Positions 52,683 through 64,000 of a DNA stretch of 64,000 nucleotides are shown in pieces. Position 1 is the first letter of the stretch; every line of letters starts with the position of its first letter. The notes beneath the pieces were generated by a model. It saw only the letters and a list, made by a program, of their open reading frames with translations. It was not told the origin of the DNA and searched no databases. The stretch covers positions 138,632,001-138,696,000 of the forward strand of contig OZ024741.1 of the NCBI GenBank assembly GCA_964016885.1. Reading direction: 5' to 3'. The DNA is from Eledone cirrhosa (lineage: Eukaryota). Position numbers and translations under genes: made by a program.

Positions 52683-54129
52683 AGAAGAATTGTGATGATA
52701 AGAGTATGTTAATAATATCAAAATTATTTCAGACAACGAAATGAATGCATTTTAAATTTGTGCCCTTCCTTGTTCTGCTACTATTACTGCAACTAATGAT
52801 AATAATACTAAGAACATTATTAATAATAATTAATATATCAATTGTATATTACATGATTTTCATTCTGTTTTCACTGCTATGGTGTTTCTATGGAAGGACA
52901 TGTTTACGATAAATTTAGTTGACAAGCTCTATTAATTCATTTCCTCATTCAGCCGTTTATAGCAGAACTTAAGAAGAGAAAAGGAGCTTTTTATAAGCAT
53001 TTCAAGGAGGCGATACTTTACTTCCCTTTAGAGAGCTATATTTCTTTTCCGTGTCTAAATTCTTTTGTCTTTCTTTCATCGATTTTCAACGTCAGGAAAT
53101 CGTTATGAATATGAAGACGTACTTCAATCCATCACAGTGAACAATGAATGTATGTGTGTATATATATATATAGTAAATAATTTCTCAACACAGTTACATG
53201 CTCCATAAGTTTTCCAAGCCCGAACTAACATAGGTCAAAAAGACAGTATATATTCCTGAGCTGCTTATATTTCCGGCAAGGTTAAGATGGTTAGCGTTAC
53301 TTCATACATGAGATCTCACCAATAAGAAAATAACAAGATAGTTGGTGTTTTTTGTTATTCGGACTCATAAGTCTATTAGTTTATATATCTAAATATAATA
53401 ATTGTTAAAATATCTGTATTATACGTGTGTGAACATCAGAGGAAAAGCGAGAACAATATTTATTTTCTTTATTTTTGTCTATTTTCTTTATTTGTTCTTA
53501 TGATAAGGAGGTCAAATTCACCGCTCATTTTCTGACACCGATAAATGATGCACCAGCCTTGGATGCGGGACTTTTAGATATCACGTTACACCCTTGTCAT
53601 CAGTGATGCACGTGATGCCCGTTCATCTTTATCCAGTGACGTGATATAGCATAGCTTTGGTGACAATAGTCCAATAATCGATCCTTTTTTTAATTAAATG
53701 AGTACAGAATTAGATTATTTTTGAATTAAGTGTAACGGATTTACTCTCATGTCCAACAATTCTTCAGGGAAAGTGGAAAGTTAATTAAATCGACCCCGGA
53801 ACAATCCTGGTGCCTATTTCATCAAACCCGTAAGGATTAAAGGCAGAACTAACCTCGGTACGTTTTGAACTCAGAACTAAACCCAAACCTAACATTTAAC
53901 CATTAATACTGAAATCTTATTTATCAAGATTGGCTATACAAGAATGCTCTCGAAACGCATTTGTGGATATTATATGATTCTTCTATATTATATGAAGCAT
54001 ATACCGCAATATCAGTGGTTTAAGTTAGTTCAGAAGAGAAAATGGTTGAAATGAACTTAAGTACTATCGACAATTTCGAAATACTAACATTAAATAAGCT
54101 ATGTATAACTTTCATGTGGATCATAACGC

Positions 54130-54525
54130 ATATTCTTGATCAATCTACCTGTTAGACGCAATAACGCATTTAAAATTTAATTAAATATTTTAGAAAACAT
54201 ATATAAACAACACCAGATCATTTTAGACAAAATCAATGACGCTTCGGTTTTCGCACAATGTAATATCAATATTTCAATCAGGACCTGGTTCATTAACAAC
54301 AATAACATGCAGAAATATTCCATTAGTTAGTTTGATATAATTAGCTTATTTACCCACAATTACCAAACCCTTATTTGATGAAGCACTCACGTTTGGCAAG
54401 AACCACACCCCCATTAGAGAATCTCACATTAAAATCAATATGCAACGATGAAAATGATGACTTAAATTTGACAAATTATATATGAAAAAAGGTCCATTTC
54501 TTTTTGATGTACAACTTGGCAAAAA
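54130..54525 (+). pseudogene. Decayed Hydra-type PLE RT core fragment
   Basis: ILDKIN..TWF..N..FDI..L, EALTF, FDVQLG resemble PLE RT motifs. Confidence 0.55.
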
Positions 54526-54735
54526 TGTATAAATTAGTATATAATTATTAATTATATTTTGCACCTGATACACACTAAAATTAATGTTGCAAAGTAATCA
54601 ATAGAAACGTGATTATCTCGTAATATTACGAAACATGAATAATCAACACATGTAAAATGATATACATATTTATATTTGAACACACATATATATATATAAA
54701 TACATATACATATATAAGTATTGATATATATTTGC

Positions 54736-54909
<174 letters not shown>

Positions 54910-55097
54910 GTGTTTGAGTTTGTGTGCGTGTGTGTGTGTGTCTGTGTGTCTGTGTGTGACGTTATCAGGTGTAAATCGCAATGATTAAGAACCCAATAAA
55001 AAGATTACCGCAAACAAAAAAGAGAATAGAATTGATATGTATGTAGGCGGTCCGCCCACTCAGTGTAACAGTTATGGCGAACGGCCTCAATACATAC

Positions 55098-55146
<49 letters not shown>

Positions 55147-55151
55147 TGTGT

Positions 55152-57445
55152 AGAAGGTGAGTAATATTGTAGAACAATAAAACTATGCATATATCCGATA
55201 AGTAGCACTCAATAGTTGGTAGAACTGGAGTATATATTAAAGAAGAAATTAAAAGATGGTTAACATACTTGAACTATTTAAGCAACTTAAATATATATCC
55301 CTTAATCTAGATATCGGCCTATATTACCCATATCATAAGGATAATGAGAACCTAAATTATGTTATCTTTAAATCTAACCACACTAATAATGTTAAAACTG
55401 CTTTAGTCAGAAGTGTTGAAAAAAGAATTTATAATTTATCCTCTAATAAAGATATTTTCGAAGCTAATGCCAACTATTGTAATAATGCGTTACCTAGGGC
55501 TGGATATCCAGACAAATTAGATACACTATGGAAACTAATCTTGGCAGAACTTATAGTAATCTAGCTAGTAATAATCATACCACTAACAAAAGGAGGGGAT
55601 CTAGATATAAACATATCCTTTGGTACAACACTCCCTTCTCTCTTTCAGTTATGAATAATATCCCTAAATTATTTTTTAGAGCTTTAGATAACAACTTCCC
55701 CCCTTCACATATATATATAGTCAGATCTTCAATAAGCATACCATTAAATTCTCATATTCCACTACTTCCAACATTTCTAAAATTATCACAAGACATAATT
55801 CTAAAATATTAAATAATAACTCATATGCATCCAACCATGAGAGTTATAATAATAACACTATAATGCCCGACGTCAATGTAAACTCTAGGCAAAATAACAC
55901 TAGAATAAATACGACGTCAAATCTAACTTTGAGTAATGCTTCAAATAGTAATGTAAATCTGGTAACTTTAGCACCTCCTTTAGCTAATTCAACCACTCCA
56001 GTTCCTAATATAATTAATCATGTGCCTCTTGCAAATAACTCTGTTAATAATCTTAATCGTAAATGCAACTGCCCTATTAGAACTAATTGTCCTCTTAGTA
56101 ATTCCTCTCTCGATAAAGACCAAATATACGAATGTAAAGTGGTAACTAGTACCAATACCTATACCTACATTGCCTCTACTTCCACATCTTTTAAAGCATG
56201 ACTCTATAATCATTCTTCTACATTTAAATATCCACTTAAAAGGATCAACACCCACTCTCAGAACTTATTTGGTCCTTAAGAGACAAAAACATTAATTACG
56301 AAATGTTTTGGCGTAAAGTCTGCAACGCTTATCCATGCTCCAATGCTTCCATGTCTAGCTGAAAAAATGTATCATTATCTCGAATTTGAACTCTATAATA
56401 AATAGACGTACGGATTTATTTGCTCTCTGTAAACATAAATTCTTCAAGACCTTCCACAAAGTATATAGCTAATGTCCTATAACATATTCCATGAATAACG
56501 GTTAATTGTTCACATACATATATATTTTTTACTCATATATTTATTTTACACATATATTTTCTTCACACTTTCTTTTCACACATATTTCATTATATTCTAC
56601 AAAGTATTAATTCATTATACCCAGCATAGTTTAAGAGTTTCACCTTTTTATCTTTTGCCTTAAATTTTCGTTCAAACCTTCGTAGATTTTGTAAACAAAC
56701 TATGACGTCATATGTCTTTCTACGTTTATAAATCATTCTAGCAATTTCCTTTGATATCCTTGTTAATATAAATAATAATTAAATACCCCACAATTTATAG
56801 ATTTTTAATAGAAATTTTTAATTTTGACATAGATAGACTATTCTTATTTTTATTTTTATTCTATCTTATTTTAACTTATTTTATTTTAAAAACCTTTTTA
56901 AAAACCTTTTTTTTATAATTAATTTAACTTAATTTTAATTTTATTTTATTATTTTCTATTTTATTAATACATTTTTACACTTCTTAATCGAAGTTTTAGT
57001 ATTTTAACCTAATATAAAATAATATACCCAGTTTCTATATTTTAGACGTCTAATATTTGAATACTATCTATAATATTCGCACATACACCTCATCAATTTA
57101 TTTTTTAGCCGTTATTTACAGCTGTTTTCATCTTGACAGCGTTCCGGATCAAAAGTCTCTCTCTACTTCCTTCTTTCTTATTTCCTTTTTTTTTCTTTCT
57201 TCCTCTCTTCTATTTCTTTTTCCTTTTTCCTTCTCCCTTCTTTTTTTTATATATATTTCCTATTTTTCTCTTACTCGTATATTTTTATCAAATGTAGACT
57301 GGACACTTTCTTGTTGACAAGTGTTTTTAGGCCTCATATCATTTTATCTTATTTTATCTGATGAGAACACAATTGTTGTCCCAGGATGATATTGTTTTTG
57401 AAATGCACATAATAAAATATATGGAACTCTTTTAACCATCTTTTA
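55152..57445 (+). mobile_element. 5'-truncated Hydra-type PLE with inverted pLTR tail at 5' end and hammerhead pLTR at 3' end
   Basis: YYPYHK..LNYV..SNH..VEKRI..LSS, ILWYNTPFS, CNCPIRTNCPL, IYECKV..TYIAST; 55152-55263 is an inverted pLTR end. Confidence 0.85.
57351..57418 (+). ncRNA. Type I hammerhead ribozyme (same family as 16643-16711)
   Basis: ATTTTAT-CTGATGA-GAACACAAT..ATTGTTTTT-GAAA-TGCACA-TA-ATAAAAT; stem III palindrome has one change. Confidence 0.8.
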
Positions 57446-57527
57446 ATTTTTTCTTTTATATATATATATATATTTGAGAGAGAGAGGGGGTAGATAGATA
57501 GATAGATAGATAGTGAGAGAGAGAGAT

Positions 57528-57610
<83 letters not shown>

Positions 57611-58149
57611 CATATTATTTGAGAAATACATACTATTTAGAAAAAATTACATACTTCAAGGTGGAAAACCCATTATTTCCCTTACGGTATCGTTTCATCA
57701 CCGAACCAGAAATCGATATTGGTAATCAGTTATAGATTCTCAACTATCAATTTTGGAAAAGCTATTGAAGACGCGAAAGTAATCGTTAGAAAATCGTCTT
57801 TGGAAAAGTCCCCTTATAGTACAACACATCTTTATATCTGTCGGGATTTGTGAGTTAGTTTATTATGTACTTTATATATATATGTACAAAATACTGTGTT
57901 TCTAAAACAACATATAGCTTTTTCTATCTCTATGAATATATTTTTAATTTGAGATTTTATATTAAGAAACATAATCAGTATACATATTATATATGTTATG
58001 ATACGTTAAATTAGTATATTACATTAACACTCATTGCCAAAATCACCTCCTGTTATTGTGATTACTAATATTTTAGCTCCTGGATTTTCAACCTAAATGT
58101 AGATTTGAATTTGAGTTCAAATATTCAGGTAACAGAGTTACATCACTTT

Positions 58150-58720
58150 TCCCAAACCCCTGTCGACAACACAGAAATACTACTATTATGTCGATAGGCA
58201 CACGAATGGAATTATTGCATTCCAGTATGGAATATACGGTGAAAACGTTTCTTTTTGCCCTGTGTTGTTTTATGCACAAGACCCAGTGAAGTCCTAAGGC
58301 CGATTCTCTGCGTTATAACTGACTGTGTGAATATACACGTCTTTACGCAATCATTAGTAACAGTTCGGCGTTTGGTGATACTGGCGCCGGTTTGGGTAAC
58401 TATCAACATTTTCTTTGATCATTTTACCGACTGACCCGATTATCAATTGTTAGCTGTATTAATTTCTATTGATGATCATAATTAATTTGCGGGATATGTC
58501 AACTTTGATGCAATCATTGGATGAGTTGATGATCGTTAAGTTGCTGATCATAATGATCTATTCTTGAACGCCCTGGTTAATTTGTTCATAATTTACCACC
58601 TCAGTGCCGAAATACGTTGCGATATACTCTGCATCTGTTTAACCCTAGGTAGCACTGAGTAGGACAGTAACTGGCGCAATATTACAGTACCATACATTGC
58701 ACGAAGCACTTCATGGTACT
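58150..58720 (-). mobile_element. Possible very old mariner remnant
   Basis: [23 protein letters not shown] fragments resemble mariner HTH and C-terminal segments; heavily disrupted. Confidence 0.3.
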
Positions 58721-58744
58721 GAATAGTCTAATACACGCACACAC

Positions 58745-58874
<130 letters not shown>

Positions 58875-58909
58875 AGGTATGTATATATATATATATATAT
58901 ATATATAAT

Positions 58910-58967
<58 letters not shown>

Positions 58968-59307
58968 TTATATATATATACTTATATATATATATGTGTG
59001 TGTGTGTTAGACTATATATATGTGTTTGTGTCTATATTATATCTATATTTTTGACCGTTGGTCACTCAATGGTAAACATTGAGGACCGAATAAATTAAAT
59101 TAACTGATATAAAAGATACAGAAGCGAAAACCAACCAAACAGTGAGTGTGTTCTGTTATTAATTCTGGCAATATTATTACAACAATATGACCCTCCCCAT
59201 ATAATATATATATATATATATATATATACATATGTAGTTGAGTTGACGGAGAGAAAAAAGTGTAATCAATACCAAAGTAAATTTACATTTATTATGGCTA
59301 CGTAGTG

Positions 59308-59365
59308 AGTCTTGTTACTCTAGAGTTTTAACTGCTGCTCATTCATATGACCATCAGACAAGACT
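59308..59365 (-). ncRNA. Degenerate hammerhead motif
   Basis: AGTCTTGT-CTGATGG-..-TAAAA-CTCTAGAG-TA-ACAAGACT; perfect 8-bp stem I and palindromic stem III, mutated core. Confidence 0.55.
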
Positions 59366-60699
59366 AAATCTTCCATGACAGAGACAGTGCATATGAATGT
59401 ATATATAGGCATATGTGAAAATACACGCGTGGAACTTCTAAATTGTCATGATCACACTTGCTATGCAGTGCAGCTCGTAACATTATATTTTATAGTATAT
59501 ACTCAATTCAATAACCCGACATATTTAATGGAACTCGTTTTATCGATATTAAGTAAAATAAAACGCCAAACTGTGGGAGATATTGAAATTTGAACATGAA
59601 GTGGTGATACACAACCGATAAAAAATGATATTTCTTACTTGATGGCTTCATTCTTATTTCATTTTTACACCCGTTTGTTTTGTAGAAAGTGAAAGAAATG
59701 TAATTTCTAATGGTCGTCATCATCTTATACACATTAGAATAAGAAGAGTAAATCAATAACTTTTCAACAATATTTCGTCTAATGTATACCGGCCCACAGT
59801 CTTACACGTCTGGAACTTACAGGTATTATAATTCATGAACAATACAGCAACTGGACGATCAGATACAGTTTTGAATAAATGAAACTTAAATCTGGCTTGT
59901 TAGATTGACAATTCCATTTATGAAATTTTATTCGTGAGAGTGAAACAACGTTATCGATGGCGCGGGGGCAAGATTCATGATCATAAATTGCTGAGGTAGA
60001 TTTCTGAACTTGGCGGTGATTTGTTACTTAAGCATGGCCCGTTATTTCACGTTGTTCCAGAGTAATCAACTGGAAAACTGAGTCACTGGAGACAAATAGT
60101 ATCGGTCGTTACTCTTCTCTTGGACAACAGCATACACAGTGCGTGTATGAGCTGAAAAGATATTGGTGAGAAGTTGTTTCGACATACCGTTTGACAATAT
60201 CAGCAGTCACCCATAGATTGGGTGATTGCTGATCTTCGACAAAGCAACCTTTCCAAGCGTGGCCATTGGAGTGGAAATGTTATGATGCAGACATATAACT
60301 GAAATTTACGATATATTATTATTAGTGCATACTTTTATCTTATACTATATCAAAAGATGACTTAGATACTTTCTAGTTTTCACGAAAACTCTCACAACCC
60401 AGTGATGTAACTATAACGAGGCGAGTAAAGTCTGTTTCTAAAGATGTCTAGTCTTTGTGGGTTTGAGAAAGTAACAGATTGCTGAATTGCGCGAATAAGT
60501 GCACCAAAAACTGCAATATGGTGAAGGGTAATAAAATGAATCATGCCGAATCGTTTTTCACGTGGGTTATCAAGGGACGCATTTAGGTCTTAGGCCTGTT
60601 CAAAACTTATACTGCTGTCTCCATTTCATGCCGCAAAAACTCGTGATAGTCCTGGGAGGTGTGGGATGGATGCACACAGATTGCATCTTCCAAGAACCT

Positions 60700-61385
60700 A
60701 AAGAGCGAACTTTGATAATTGGAACCTAGAACATCACAACCAATACAATTAAGGAGCAGGATCTACTGGAAGAGGCTAGATGCTATTAGTTAGATATAGT
60801 TGAGGTTCCCACAATAAAAGTTATGTGGGGGGGGGGGACTCCATTACAGAGGTGTGGCGTCAGAAATAACTGCATAGATGCGAGAGAGGATACTCACATG
60901 CCACGGGATGTGTTATGAGTTAGATAAAATAAGGGGGTAGGATTTGCTTGTTGTAGCTTATGCAGGAATTTAAGTCTCTGTGTGTGGTGAAATTGTATGC
61001 ACCAAACAAGAAAACCGATTACAGATCCTTCCTTGATGAAATATATGCAGCGTTAGATGTAATTAAGACTGAGTCATATATCCTAATGGGAGACCTCAAT
61101 GCACATGTTGGCAGAGACCATCTGACATGGAAAATAGAGATTGGAAGTAACGATCATCGCGATCTCAATACGAATGGAAAGACCTTATTAGAATTCTATT
61201 CTAGCAATAGTCTCACTATTTTGAACATCTTCCCACAGAGGCATTAATAAATATATATGGTATGAGGTAAATCAGGGACAGAGATGAATAATTGATTGTG
61301 TTATTGTTTGTGCCGGATATTCGTATCAAGAGCAGGACTGAGCTGTCAACTGATCATCTCGTTATCAGCAACAATTTGTGACTGC
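60700..61385 (+). pseudogene. RTE-clade LINE APE endonuclease remnant
   Basis: LIIGT*NI, LDIV, LYAPN, LMGDLNAHVG, LN.NG..LLEF, IIDCVIV, STDHL. Confidence 0.85.
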
Positions 61386-63769
61386 CTAAATCAAAATATT
61401 CCATCGACAACATACAGGATAAAGTAAGAAGTGTATTTGTGTGTGTGTGTGTTTGTGTGTGTGTGCGTGTGCGTGTATGTGTGTGTGTGTGTATGTATGT
61501 GTGTGTGTGCGTGTGTGTGTGTGTGTGTATGTGTGTGTGTGTGAAATTTAGTTTAGAATGTAGTGCATTGGCGCATATACTATTTTGCACCTACTATAAT
61601 TTAAAATAGAATTCGCCACATTTAACAAAAGTTCTGAGAAAACGTATGTTTCAATAATGCTTATTACTGGACGTGTAAGACACGATCTGAAAAGCAAAAC
61701 TAAGACTGAAATTTATCGAAGCTATTCTTAAGATGTTTCATAATTATTTGTATCTAAATTTTCGAGCAGTATGAGTGCTGTATAAGAATTGAATACACTA
61801 AATATTTTTAATTATGTGTAACTGACGAATAAAGAATTGCAATGGGTTTACAATAGGTGGTACTTTAAATATTTATTATTAGACAGTGAGAATGTATAAA
61901 TTTTATATTGATCATGTATAAATTTGTTATAGTTCACTAAACTACATATGAAATATATATAATTGTCTTATGGCACATGTTCGTATTTCCTACACACTAT
62001 ATGGCTACATACTATTGTAGTTGTTGTTTTTGAAACAAAGCATATTCTATTGGGTTTTTTCCATTACCAAGAATAAAGACAATCGATCACTTTTACAGTA
62101 TAATTTTAAATTTTTGTGAATAACATAGAGTGTAAGGTGAATTGGGCGTATTAAATAATGTAAACATATGTTGTGTTATTACTGTATAATGTTGTTTTAA
62201 TTTCCATGATTTCAAATTAATTTTATAATGTATATTGTTATTGGAACCATAGCATATTTAAGAGTATACTGTTTAACCCGTAAAATATCTTTCGCGAGAG
62301 CATAATGGTATATATACATATATGTGCGTGTGCCGTGTGTGTGTATGTGTATGTGTGGTGTGGTGTGTGTGCGATTATGTGTGTGTGTGTAAAAATGTAT
62401 ACATATGTGTATATTTATTTATAAATATATATACTGTAAACATTTATTTATTTTTATATATATGTATATATATATATATATGTAAACTGAATCTTTGGTG
62501 AACATTATATGTGCATGATTACAAGCATTGGGTCTCGTATATATCTAATTTGTTTAACATTACCTTTTATTTTCTTGTGGTATGAAGCCAGAATTTGGCT
62601 GTGTATATTGTGCTTTCAAACTCCCTCTTGTAGAAAAGCAATGGACGTAAATAGTTGATGAAAAAAAACAAACAAACTAGAAAATAAATTAAAAAAGCTA
62701 AATATAATAAATTCTATTGAACGCAGAAAAGATTATTTCAATGTCGCCTGCATGGCATCGGTTATACCTAAAAATCAATTCTAAATAATTTTAGAACGGA
62801 AATGAATTGTTGTTTTTCGTTTTACCTGAGCAAAATGCAATCAGTAAGAGGAAAACAAGATTTGTTTACTTTGCGTAAGGAACAGTTAAATTGCCATTTG
62901 GGAGCTGGGCTGAGTAAGTATTTATCAAATGACCCATGTTGGCGTCACGTACCGATTGTGCTTAATCTTACTCTAAGCATGAATATAAAGCAGATTACAC
63001 AGCATTCTGATAACACCACAACAGCGAAAACCTTTTACATCATTTCCGCCGTATGTCTATGTAAACGTGAGCCAAATATTCTAGGAAAAAAAATTATTTT
63101 CACCTGGTAAATATTGTATAACTGGTTAGCCAAGAACCAATCAAACGGAACTTTTAATCGTAATATACCCATCCTAAAGCATCATTTTTTAATGTGATAG
63201 GTTATCATACTGCTTTCATCTTCTGTTCGTTCAATTCATCATGATATAGTGTTTTCCTTTTCATAAAATGTAAGCTAATGTGTAATCTTCATTATCTCAT
63301 TGAATTTTGTATCAATTTCTATTGGGTATACTCTGAAACCAACTGAACACACACACAGTCCTAACAGCCATCGCCTCCCGATTTACATAGGTATTATATA
63401 TTTATACATATATATATGATTATGTGTGTGTGATAAGTAAGCACAAAAAACAAAGCAAATGACACTTTCAATTAGGAGAAATATATCAATTTAACGCTTG
63501 AAACACCAGGAAAAGTGTCATTTCTATTACCTGTATCTTAATTTGTTTGTCTTTGGCCGGAACATGGAGTAGATTTCTTAAAATAATAACAGATTTGGTA
63601 AAATAATTCTTTAGTATAATCATTTTTCATTGCACCTGACACGACACACAATATTATTTATTTAATCTAATTTAACTGTCACTGATTATGTTTTGATTCA
63701 TAATAAAATAAATGTTATCATTTTTGTTGTAAGTCAGCGGAATGTAATAAATTCCGAATTAATGCTTTG

Positions 63770-64000
63770 CATCATCTACACTGAGGTTTTACGTTCTGAT
63801 TTCCAATCTAGCCGAGGTCAATTTGGAATTTCTTCTGTCGAGTGAAGATAAAATATAATACCAGTCAAGTACTAAGTGAATACATTTGACTTTGCCCTAC
63901 CACGAATCTGATTGCCTCAGACAGTAATATATATATTTTTCACACTGAATTCACATCACTCGAACACCGAATCTGCCTTTCATCCTTTCCGTATCGATAA
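63770..64000 (+). mobile_element. Decayed SINE copies
   Basis: GCCGAGGTCAATTT..AAAATATAATACCAGTCAAGTACT; CTGCCTTTCATCCTTTCCGTATCGATAA. Confidence 0.65.

Overview
AT-rich, microsatellite-saturated animal DNA, probably a coleoid cephalopod such as Octopus (inferred from the SINE families and the (TA)n/(CA)n load; not provable from this window). I found no convincing host gene; almost everything identifiable is transposon-derived. Contents: two Neptune-type Penelope-like elements (PLEs; RT with or without GIY-YIG); three to four Hydra-type PLE fragments; about a dozen intact or decayed minimal hammerhead ribozymes in PLE pseudo-LTRs; a ~12.5 kb stack of (TTA)n-associated LINEs (Tx1/L1 3' stub, decayed R4/Dong element, two fused Tx1/L1 copies, one with an open 1139-aa ORF2); bipartite non-autonomous RTE elements; mariner, Tc1, Vingi and RTE remnants; and many tRNA-derived SINEs. 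The strongest leads are: (1) a conserved 53-nt phase-2 GT-AG interval in both Tx1 copies whose removal would fuse ORF1 and ORF2 in frame; (2) a correctly phased U_UUU_UUA -1 slippery site linking an upstream ORF to a PLE RT; (3) fold-back duplications of flanking DNA around (TA)n at Hydra-PLE 5' junctions; (4) the dense hammerhead population. All family and clade names come from motifs recognised by eye, not from database searches, and element boundaries are approximate.
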